A stretch of DNA of 63,068 nucleotides, filler included. It is 4 parts of 4 records of this genome, joined end to end, with 100 filler letters (N's around TTAATTAATTAA, not from the genome) between each part and the next. Parts side by side here need not be neighbours in the genome. Positions count along the whole stretch, not along the records: positions 27,404 to 38,150 come from SRR31147125_3962; positions 38,251 to 63,068 come from SRR31147125_3979; 2 more parts are not named here. One strand, 5' to 3'. Both the position numbers and the translations under genes were made by a program. Positions 31,983 through 39,968 of the stretch are shown here, piece after piece. Below the pieces are notes generated by a model that had not been told where the DNA came from, made no database searches, and was given only the letters and a program-made list of their open reading frames with translations. Numbering within the stretch: the stretch's first letter is position 1; each line of letters opens with the position of its first letter.

Positions 31983-33427
31983 TGAGTCTTGAGAAAAAGA
32001 TGCTAATTAATGGCGAATGGGTAAATGAAGTGGGGAGTAACAAAATTGAAATTTTTAACCCTGCAAACGGTGAAATTATTGCGACTGTCCCTCGAGCAGA
32101 AATAGAAGATGTTGAAAATGCAGTTGATGCCGCTTATGAAGCTTTTAAGGTATGGTCAAAGTTAACTCCATTTACTCGCGGGAGAATATTGAGAAAAGCA
32201 AGCGATCTTGTTTTTGAACGTGCTAAATCTATTGCAAGGTGCATGACTCAGGAACAGGGGAAGCCTTTTAGTGAAGCACTGTCTGAAGTCGAGAAAGGTG
32301 CAGAAATTCTCAAGTATTATGCTGAAGAGGGCGAACGAGTTTTTGGAAGAATTATCGCAAATTCTGTTGATGGATGTGAAAGCAGAGTTATATATCAGCC
32401 AATTGGTGTGGCTGTAGCAATCTCTCCATGGAATTATCCTATAGAGCTTTTAGCATGGAAGCTTGGTGGGGCTTTGGCTTCAGGCTGTAGCATTGTATGC
32501 AAACTTCCGTCTGATTCGCCTATATCAGGATATGAGTTTATTAAATGCATTGTTGATGCGGGCATATGTAAAGGAGCAGTTAATGCTATAACCGGTTCTG
32601 CGAGTATTGTAGGACCAAAACTATTAAAAAATCCTAAGGTCAAAAAAGTCGCTTTTACTGGCTCTACTGCGGTAGGTAAAAAGGTTTTAGCAGATTGTGT
32701 AGATACATTAAAAAAGGTTTCTTTGGAGCTTGGTGGGAGTCTGCCTATGCTGGTGTTTAACGATTGCGACTTAGATTCAGCTGTTGCAGGAGCAACCAGA
32801 AGATCGTTTAGGAACAATGGTCAGGTATGTATATCTGTCAATAGAATTTATGTACAAAGAGATATTTATAATGAGTTTTTAAATAAATTCGAAGAATCAA
32901 CAAAAAACCTTACAATAGGTAATGGTCTTGTTGGGTGTCCAGACCTCGGTCCGATGTGTAATGCCAATGGAATTAAGGTTGTTAAGAATCATATTAGAGA
33001 TGGAATTGAAAAAGGTGCGAGATTGCTGTGCGGAGGTGAGAAACCTAAGGGCGAAGAGTATAAAAACGGCAATTTCATAGAACCTGCAATACTTGCAGAT
33101 GTGAATCACAATATGCTTATAATGATTGAAGAAACGTTTGGGCCTTTGGTGGGTGTTATGCCATTTGATAGTGTTGAAGAAGCAATTGAACTTGCTAATG
33201 ATACTGTATATGGACTTGCGGCTATTGTTTTTACGAATGATCTAAATGTGAGCCAAAAATGTATTTTAGAAATTGATTCTGGTAATGTAGCTATAAATAA
33301 TCCTGATCCTGGAGCTATAAATGCACCATATGGAGGATGGAAAGATAGCGGATTTGGGCATGAGCATGGACCTGAGGGGCTGTATGAATACTTAAACGTA
33401 AAGCATGTTAGGATGAAGTTTCAATAA
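31982..33427 (+). CDS. NAD(P)-dependent aldehyde dehydrogenase (GabD/SSADH-like)
   Basis: SPWNYP, FTGSTAVG, LELGG, GQVC, EETFGP, PYGGWKDSG. Confidence 0.93.
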   Translation: MSLEKKMLINGEWVNEVGSNKIEIFNPANGEIIATVPRAEIEDVENAVDAAYEAFKVWSKLTPFTRGRILRKASDLVFERAKSIARCMTQEQGKPFSEALSEVEKGAEILKYYAEEGERVFGRIIANSVDGCESRVIYQPIGVAVAISPWNYPIELLAWKLGGALASGCSIVCKLPSDSPISGYEFIKCIVDAGICKGAVNAITGSASIVGPKLLKNPKVKKVAFTGSTAVGKKVLADCVDTLKKVSLELGGSLPMLVFNDCDLDSAVAGATRRSFRNNGQVCISVNRIYVQRDIYNEFLNKFEESTKNLTIGNGLVGCPDLGPMCNANGIKVVKNHIRDGIEKGARLLCGGEKPKGEEYKNGNFIEPAILADVNHNMLIMIEETFGPLVGVMPFDSVEEAIELANDTVYGLAAIVFTNDLNVSQKCILEIDSGNVAINNPDPGAINAPYGGWKDSGFGHEHGPEGLYEYLNVKHVRMKFQ

Positions 33428-33566
33428 ATGCACATATTTAAGTAGTTGCTAATTGGTAACATGAAGAAGAGTGCAATTAGGATTTGCAAGTAGCAATATA
33501 TTTTGCATAATCGTGTTTATTAATGTACAATATAAATGGGATTGTGATAAATTTTAGAAAGAAGTA

Positions 33567-34328
33567 TTGAAGATGAAAGAGCTAAGAAGAGAAAAAATTG
33601 TGGATATGATTCTCGAAAAAGGGAGTGTGAAAGTAAAAGAATTGAGTGAAGCACTTGGTACATCTGCAATTACAATATATAGAGATTTGGATTATCTGGA
33701 AAAGCAAGGTGCAATAATCAAGCTTCATGGTGGGGCTATGGCAAATATAACGCCTGAAAACCTCACTTACTCAAAGAGGGCATGTACATCTATCTATGAA
33801 AAAACTGTTATTGCGAAAAAAGCAGTTGATTATATAAACGAAGGTGATAGTGTTATTTTGGATGGCAGCACAACAAATATATATGTAGCGAAAGAGCTGA
33901 GCAGGAAAAGGGATATTACAGTTTATACAACAAGTCCTACGCAGACAAATGAACTTCTTAATTGCAGCGATATAATTTTATACTCGATTGGTGGTCTTTA
34001 TACTAGGGAATTGGATATTTATGTTGGATCAGAGCTTGAAGAGTTTATATCAAAACTGAATGTTAAAAAAGCAATAATAGGGTCGAGTGCAGTTTGTGTT
34101 GAGGTAGGGATTACAGGGCCATATAATCATTTTGCGGCTATTCAAAGAAAAATAATATCGGTTGCAGACGAAGTTATTCTTGTTGCAGATAACACTAAGT
34201 TTGACAGAGTTGCTATAGAAAAAGTTGCAACATTGGATAAAATTGATTATATTGTCGTTGACTCTGGACTAGATAAAGATTATATTGAAAAATTGAGAAG
34301 TATTACTAATGTGATTATTGCAGAATAA
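33567..34328 (+). CDS. DeoR/GlpR family transcriptional regulator
   Basis: TIYRDLDYLE HTH, HGGA, LDGSTT, ADNTKF. Confidence 0.93.
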   Translation: MKMKELRREKIVDMILEKGSVKVKELSEALGTSAITIYRDLDYLEKQGAIIKLHGGAMANITPENLTYSKRACTSIYEKTVIAKKAVDYINEGDSVILDGSTTNIYVAKELSRKRDITVYTTSPTQTNELLNCSDIILYSIGGLYTRELDIYVGSELEEFISKLNVKKAIIGSSAVCVEVGITGPYNHFAAIQRKIISVADEVILVADNTKFDRVAIEKVATLDKIDYIVVDSGLDKDYIEKLRSITNVIIAE

Positions 34329-34444
34329 CATATTTCATAGCACATCTTATTACTAAATTATTTACAATTAATTAAAACAGAAAATAATTAGTTAAGTTTT
34401 GTGTAGCTTCGTAGTACAAATATTATGGATTTAGGAGAGGTTTT

Positions 34445-35293
34445 ATGATAATAAAATTTAGTAGATTGCTTAAAGATGCAAGAGAAAGTGGATATGCAGT
34501 TGGTGCATTCAATATTTTCAACTATTTAACTGCAAGTGCAGTTATAGAGGCTGCGGAAGAACTAAATTCCCCAGTTATTATTCAAATATCAGCTTCGAAT
34601 GTGAAATTGCTCGGAGCTGAAAATATTAAAAGATGGCTTTTTCCATGTGTTGAAGCGGCTGATGTAAAAGCTGCTATACATTTAGATCATTGTACAGATA
34701 TAGATCTTGTAAAAGAGTGTATTGATGAGGGATGGACTTCTGTTATGTATGATGGGTCTAAATTATCGCTTTTAGAAAATATTGATAATACAAAAAGGGT
34801 TGTTGAATATGCTAAAAGTAAGTGTTGTGAAGTAGAAGGAGAAGTTGGAATTATTAAAGGGGTTGAGGATGATGTATCGAGTGATATTTCGATTCAAGCA
34901 ACATTTGATGATACAATAGAATTCGTCAGAAAAACTAATGTGGATGCTATCGCGCCGTCTGTCGGAACAGCTCATGGAGAGTATGCAAAGTCACCTAAAA
35001 TCAACTATGAACTCCTACGTAGTTTGAACAATAAACTCGATCTTCCTATCGTTATTCATGGAGGTACAGGATTGGATGCTCATGAATTTAAACGACTTAT
35101 CAAGTGTGGTGGAAGCAAGATAAATGTTTCTACAGCAATCAAGAAAGGGTATATAAATGGCATTAAGACTCATTCAGAGTTAGTGAATAAGCCATTGGAT
35201 ATTGATATACGAGTAAAGGATGATATTAAAAAAGCTGTCAAAAGGATGATTGATACATTTGGTTCAGAAGGAAAGGGAGTTAACTTTGACTAA
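34445..35293 (+). CDS. Class II fructose/tagatose-bisphosphate aldolase family
   Basis: YAVGAFN, HLDH, SVMYDGS, VEGEVG, GTAHG, HGGTG, KINV. Confidence 0.92.
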   Translation: MIIKFSRLLKDARESGYAVGAFNIFNYLTASAVIEAAEELNSPVIIQISASNVKLLGAENIKRWLFPCVEAADVKAAIHLDHCTDIDLVKECIDEGWTSVMYDGSKLSLLENIDNTKRVVEYAKSKCCEVEGEVGIIKGVEDDVSSDISIQATFDDTIEFVRKTNVDAIAPSVGTAHGEYAKSPKINYELLRSLNNKLDLPIVIHGGTGLDAHEFKRLIKCGGSKINVSTAIKKGYINGIKTHSELVNKPLDIDIRVKDDIKKAVKRMIDTFGSEGKGVNFD

Positions 35294-36170
35294 TTATTCT
35301 TGTGACTTGCATGCACATACGACAAACTCAGATGGAAAAGCAACAGTTGATGAGTTTTTAGACAGGGCGAAATCAAAAGGGATGGAGGTTGTCGCAATTA
35401 CCGATCATGATATCAAACCGCCTTCAGCTCATCATTTAAGAGGTAAAGGATTAGGAGTGCTTCAGGGTATTGAATTTTCGTGTGATACAGATTTAGAGGA
35501 CGTACATATTTTATGCTTTGGGTTTGATTTTGAACACGAGAATATACAAAAAATCATAGATAGTTCAGTACAAAGTAAGATTGATGCTTATGCTGAGTTG
35601 GTTTCAAGGCTTTCTGAAAGATATCCTGAAAAGAATATTACTATTGAGGAGATTGTAAAAGATAATAATGTGACATTATTTGAATTGCAAAAAAAGATGA
35701 TTTTTGAGTATATGGAAAAGAAGCACATTGTATCTTCTTGGGATAAAGCAAAGATCAAAGTACAAAGCGACAAGTATCTTACAATAAAGCGACAAAAACC
35801 CGATCCTAAATTTGTAATTGAGACGATTAAAGAATTAGGAGGGGTAACAGTATTAGCTCACCCTTATCTTATTGAACTCGAATATAGCGAAAGAAAAAAG
35901 TATATAGAAGAACTAATTGATATGGGGGTAGACGGTTTGGAAGCTTGCTATACATATGAAAAGACGAGCTATAAAGGAAATTTAACATCACAGCAAATAG
36001 AAATAGAAATTAAAAGAGACTATAGTAACTTAGGTGTTTTCTTTACGGGTGGTTCTGATTCTCATGGAGAATGGAAAACTAAAAAAGAAGGATTTAGAGA
36101 TATAGGAGATGCGGGGATATCTTTGGAAGAATTCAAAAAATTGCCGATAAGTCATTATGTAATCAAGTGA
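35286..36170 (+). CDS. PHP domain metal-dependent phosphoesterase
   Basis: DLHAHTTNSDG, AITDHD, GIEFS, LAHP, GGSDSHG; RBS GGGAG before TTG 35286. Confidence 0.9.
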   Translation: MTNYSCDLHAHTTNSDGKATVDEFLDRAKSKGMEVVAITDHDIKPPSAHHLRGKGLGVLQGIEFSCDTDLEDVHILCFGFDFEHENIQKIIDSSVQSKIDAYAELVSRLSERYPEKNITIEEIVKDNNVTLFELQKKMIFEYMEKKHIVSSWDKAKIKVQSDKYLTIKRQKPDPKFVIETIKELGGVTVLAHPYLIELEYSERKKYIEELIDMGVDGLEACYTYEKTSYKGNLTSQQIEIEIKRDYSNLGVFFTGGSDSHGEWKTKKEGFRDIGDAGISLEEFKKLPISHYVIK

Positions 36171-36343
36171 GTAATGCGATTATCTGGATTACCAGTGAAA
36201 TTTGAGAATGTTTTTATAAGAACATGCAAAGGCGCAATATTATCCCGTGTTATGCTTATGAAGCTTTTGCATTTGCGTTATAATAACATAGGAATCAATC
36301 GACTAAAGAGCCGAAATCACGATTAAGAAGGTATGGTAAATAA

Positions 36344-37318
36344 ATGAAGTATAAAAAAGTAATGGGTATTGAACTAGAGTTTTCTGCTCTGGGTCTAGGT
36401 TGCTGGCCGTTTTCAGGTGAGGGTGTTTGGGATAATTATTCCGACAAAAGTTCTATTACAACAATACAATCTGCTATCGATCATGGCATTAATTTTTTTG
36501 ATGTAGCACCTGTTTATGGACTTGGATATGCAGAGAAGATATTAGGTAAAGCGACCAACGATTATGTTGATAGAGACCAAATAATCATTGCGAGTAAATG
36601 CGGTCTAGTTTGGGATAAAAAAGGTAAGGTAACCAATAATCTGACAAAAGCAAGTCTTTTGAAGGAGATAGATGATAGCCTTAAAAGATTGCAGACTGAT
36701 TACATAGATATCTATCAAATACATTGGGCGGATAAAAAGACACCGCTTGAAGAAACAATGAAGGCACTAAATGCGATTAAGGAGCAAGGTAAGATCAAAT
36801 ATGTTGGCGTGTCAAATTTCAGCATTGGAATGGTTGAAGAAGCCAGTAAATACATGAAAGTCAGCTCTTTTCAAGGATTATATAATATGCTTGAAAGGAA
36901 TCCGGAAACATATCATACGATTCCTTTGGAATACAGAACTGAATCTGAAGTTTTGCCATATTGTAAAGAAAATAACATGGCGTTTTTCCCTTACAGTCCA
37001 CTGATGCAAGGATTGCTTACTGGTGAATTTAAGAAAGAAGATAATTTTTCAGAAAATGATGTTAGAAATAGCAATCCAAAGTTGAGTGGTGATGAATATG
37101 AAATGTATTATAATAAAACTATGGAATTGAAGAAGTTTGCAGGTAAAATCGGTAAATCACTAGTTGACGTGGCAATAAACTGGTTGTATTGTAAAGATGC
37201 AGTTACATCAATTATTTCCGGTGCGTCTACCGAATCTCAAATACTGGATAATATCAAAGCGATTCAGTTTGAGTTGACTGAAGGTCAGCTACAGGAGATT
37301 GGAACGATACTTGCATGA
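36344..37318 (+). CDS. Aldo/keto reductase
   Basis: LGLGCW, FDVAPVYG, SLKRLQTDYIDIYQIHW, GVSNF, YSPL. Confidence 0.93.
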   Translation: MKYKKVMGIELEFSALGLGCWPFSGEGVWDNYSDKSSITTIQSAIDHGINFFDVAPVYGLGYAEKILGKATNDYVDRDQIIIASKCGLVWDKKGKVTNNLTKASLLKEIDDSLKRLQTDYIDIYQIHWADKKTPLEETMKALNAIKEQGKIKYVGVSNFSIGMVEEASKYMKVSSFQGLYNMLERNPETYHTIPLEYRTESEVLPYCKENNMAFFPYSPLMQGLLTGEFKKEDNFSENDVRNSNPKLSGDEYEMYYNKTMELKKFAGKIGKSLVDVAINWLYCKDAVTSIISGASTESQILDNIKAIQFELTEGQLQEIGTILA

Positions 37319-37384
37319 CAAAGCTATTGGTGCTGACTAATATGAAAGTAGCTACTAATGAAATTTAATATATTGAGGTGAATC

Positions 37385-37700
37385 ATGTGTCATTTAAGTG
37401 AATGAATAGAAAGTCGAGCTAATCAACTATTAAGGATGATTTAATAAGCCTCAAAGTGATGCCAAAAACCGATTTTAGCAAATCAAATCATACAATGTGG
37501 GTTTTTTAGAACTGATGAAAACTGCAATGTTGCTAAAGTTGATAAAGAGGTTTGTTTTACTTTGCAAATTAAAATGAACTACATAGAAGAGTTTGACCAA
37601 ATTGGGGTCATTGTTACTATAATGAAGAGAATTTTGCAAAATTATGTGTCGAAAACCAACTGAAGAGCAAAAACAAACTTGGTAGTGTTGTGTGTAAGTA
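37385..37700 (+). pseudogene. Decayed DUF1349-like gene remnant
   Basis: RBS GAGGTG + ATG 37385; fragments PKTDF*Q, EEFDQIGVI and NEENFAKLCVEN..LGSVV resemble the DUF1349 pattern (TDFWQ, FDQxG, LGSVV); stops fall at expected Trp codons. Confidence 0.6.
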
Positions 37701-37824
37701 TATGCGCTCTCTACTCATGCCTGTGCTGTATACATAAAGGAAAAAGTCTATATTACTTATAGGCAATAAATTGGAATATTATTTGTAAAATGTACTATGG
37801 TGCACGAATAGAATAGGGTATATC

Positions 37825-37846
37825 TGATAACAAAATGATAACAAAA
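37825..37846. repeat. Perfect 11-bp tandem direct repeat TGATAACAAAA x2 in AT-rich intergenic DNA
   Basis: TGATAACAAAATGATAACAAAA read directly from the sequence. Confidence 0.7.
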
Positions 37847-38005
37847 ATTTCACTAACCATAAATTGTATAGATAATATCGATAAAAAACAATAAATAGGT
37901 CAACAAAACAGTACATAAAAGTATTGGTGTATAAGTGTAAGTGCCGAGTAGGAGTAATATGAATAATACTGCCACATATATATCAATAATACGATAAAGT
38001 CGCCA

Positions 38006-38150
38006 TCACATGATATCATTGAGATCTTGGCCATCTCATATAGACGTTTCTTTTAGTAGTTCTCTTACTAGCTCTTTGCGTCGATTTTCTTGTTCTGTTA
38101 ACTTTTTTCGTGGCATAACAAAACCTCCATTATGGTATTTTTATTTTACA
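38006..38150 (-). mobile_element. IS256-family-like transposase N-terminal remnant
   Basis: Minus strand GGAGG RBS + ATG 38116 gives MPRKKLTEQENRRKELVRELLKETSI*DGQDLNDIM*, resembling N-termini of clostridial IS256 transposases; internal stop at 38036-38038. Confidence 0.55.
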
Positions 38151-38250
38151 NNNNNNNNNNNNNNNNNNNNNNNNNNNNNNNNNNNNNNNNNNNNTTAATT
38201 AATTAANNNNNNNNNNNNNNNNNNNNNNNNNNNNNNNNNNNNNNNNNNNN
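38151..38250. other. Artificial contig spacer
   Basis: 44 N + TTAATTAATTAA + 44 N. Confidence 0.98.
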
Positions 38251-38316
38251 GGGAAATCCCCATTCTGGGATTCGTAAACCCTTAAATTCATTTTATGAGA
38301 TTTACTATTAAAAATA

Positions 38317-38371
38317 TATGAGCATAATCTCTCTATTTTAGATTTATAAGCATAATACAATTACATTAATC
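38317..38371. repeat. Two tandem 28-bp-period dif-like sites upstream of the integrase
   Basis: TATGAGCATAA-TCTCT-CTATTTTAGAT and TATAAGCATAA-TACAA-TTACATTAATC. Confidence 0.4.
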
Positions 38372-38468
38372 AGTCCTCGGATTTCGTTTTTGCTCAAATT
38401 CGTTTGTCTCACTAAGCCTATATCTATACATTGATAGTGGTAATAACTCTAACCAAAGGAGGTCTATC

Positions 38469-39314
38469 ATGAAAGCTTTACAAGACCAAATGTTGATGGA
38501 CATGGAATTAAGAAACCTTAGCCCAATGACGATTAAAGCCTATTCGAGGCATATCACCAAGTATTCCGAGATGTTCAAAAAATCACCGGAGAATTTGGGT
38601 CTGGCAGAGATACGTCAGTATCTGTATCACCTGAAAAAGGGAGGAGCCAGTTGGAGTGCTATTAACATCGGCTATTCTGCACTGAAGTACTGTTATACAC
38701 AAACACTACATCAACCCTGGAATGTAGAACACATCCCACGACCAAAAGGCGAGAAAAAGCTTCCTGTAGTACTATCCCGTGAAGAAATTATACAGATATT
38801 CAAAGCAACAACAAATATAAAACACCGGGCATTATTGATGGCCATTTACAGTGGAGGATTGAGAGTCAGTGAAGCAGCACATTTAAAGATCAAAGATATT
38901 GACAGCCATCGTATGCTTATCAGAGTTAACCAGGGTAAAGGAAAAAAGGATCGTTACACTTTGCTTTCACAAGTAGCGCTGAAACAATTGAGACACTATT
39001 ATCAAATCTACCGACCGTCCTCATGGCTTTTTCCCGGAAATCCCAAAGAAAGACCGCTTTGTTCAGCATCTATTCAACTTGTTCTAAGACAACTCCGAGA
39101 AAAGACAGGCATTCTTAAACAAATAACACCACATACTCTTCGGCACAGTTTTGCCACTCACTTTTTAGAGGATGAGGGCGATGTCTTTCGTCTAAAGGAA
39201 CTGATGGGACATTCCAGTCTCAAAACAACAATGTTATACATTCATATTCAACACAAGAACCTGAAAAGAATCACAAGCCCTCTTGATCTAATAATGGGGG
39301 AGGTAGTGCAATGA
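38469..39314 (+). CDS. Tyrosine recombinase/integrase with N-terminal SAM-like domain (type paired with IS91-family transposases)
   Basis: LRNLSPMTIKAY, KLPVVLSREE, YSGGLRVSE, GKGKKDR, HTLRHSFATH, MGH..TTMLY (catalytic R, K, HxxR, H, Y intact); RBS AAGGAGG. Confidence 0.93.
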   Translation: MKALQDQMLMDMELRNLSPMTIKAYSRHITKYSEMFKKSPENLGLAEIRQYLYHLKKGGASWSAINIGYSALKYCYTQTLHQPWNVEHIPRPKGEKKLPVVLSREEIIQIFKATTNIKHRALLMAIYSGGLRVSEAAHLKIKDIDSHRMLIRVNQGKGKKDRYTLLSQVALKQLRHYYQIYRPSSWLFPGNPKERPLCSASIQLVLRQLREKTGILKQITPHTLRHSFATHFLEDEGDVFRLKELMGHSSLKTTMLYIHIQHKNLKRITSPLDLIMGEVVQ

Positions 39315-39646
39315 ACTCAATTGATCGATCCAACAGTATTGAAGTGGCAGACGTTTTTCGACAGTATGGCCCTGACTACCAGAAACTACATAAACAGCCT
39401 CTGCATAAATTAAAAGTCATGAGCTCAATCTGCAATTGTCGAACATCTACTATGGGTGGTCATATTGACGAATGTGATAACTGCGGTCATCAAAAGATAT
39501 CCTACAACTCTTGAAGAAACCGGCATTGTCCAAAGTGCCAAGGTTTGGCCAAACAAAAATGGTTGGCTGCACGTAAAGCTGATCTATTGCCTACAACTTA
39601 TTTTCATATCGTATTTACTATTCCGGATTCCCTCAATTCATTAATT
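39311..39646 (+). pseudogene. IS91-family (Y2/HUH) transposase remnant, zinc-binding domain only
   Basis: EVADVFRQYG, CRTSTMGGH, YNS*RNRHCPKCQ, LLPTTYFHIVFTIP; TGA at the conserved Cys (39512-39514); similarity stops around 39646; start overlaps the integrase stop (ATGA). Confidence 0.88.
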
Positions 39647-39729
39647 AAAATAACATTCTTATCCGGGCTTGGGATGTAGATTTCTGCAGCTCAACAGCGG
39701 ATAAAATCCTTAATATTAAAACAAGTTGC

Positions 39730-39771
39730 TTGACTTTGAATATTTTTTACTTATCTTATAAAACGTTTTAT
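39730..39771 (+). promoter_or_regulatory. Putative promoter with LacI-type palindromic operator at the head of the glycan cluster
   Basis: TTGACT-16 bp-TATCTT immediately followed by the perfect palindrome ATAAAACGTTTTAT (39758-39771) with central CG. Confidence 0.5.
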
Positions 39772-39968
39772 CTTTTCAATCACAATTTTCTTTTAATACA
39801 TTATTTATTTTATCATTACATGCAATTTAATTAATTTTAATCGATTATATAATACCTGTTTTATGATAATAAAAAATATGTCAAATAGTGAAATTGACCC
39901 CCGAAAACACTGAAACGTAATCTTGTTTTTCTCCTGTTTATTTCTTTTCATTATTCAAAGGATAAATT

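Noticed and set aside
12953-38250. Three identical TTAATTAATTAA motifs flanked by N runs, as a biological repeat; and any functional linkage between the four segments
   Set aside because: They are six-frame-stop linkers used to concatenate contigs; gene content and style differ between segments.
38469-39314. Integron integrase with cassette array
   Set aside because: It lacks the IntI-specific insertion before HTLRHS, no repeated attC sites are seen, and it is coupled to an IS91-type transposase instead.
39512-39514. In-frame TGA at a conserved Cys of the transposase as possible selenocysteine
   Set aside because: It is a structural zinc-ligand position, no convincing SECIS hairpin follows, and the gene is truncated about 130 nt later; a simple nonsense mutation is more likely.
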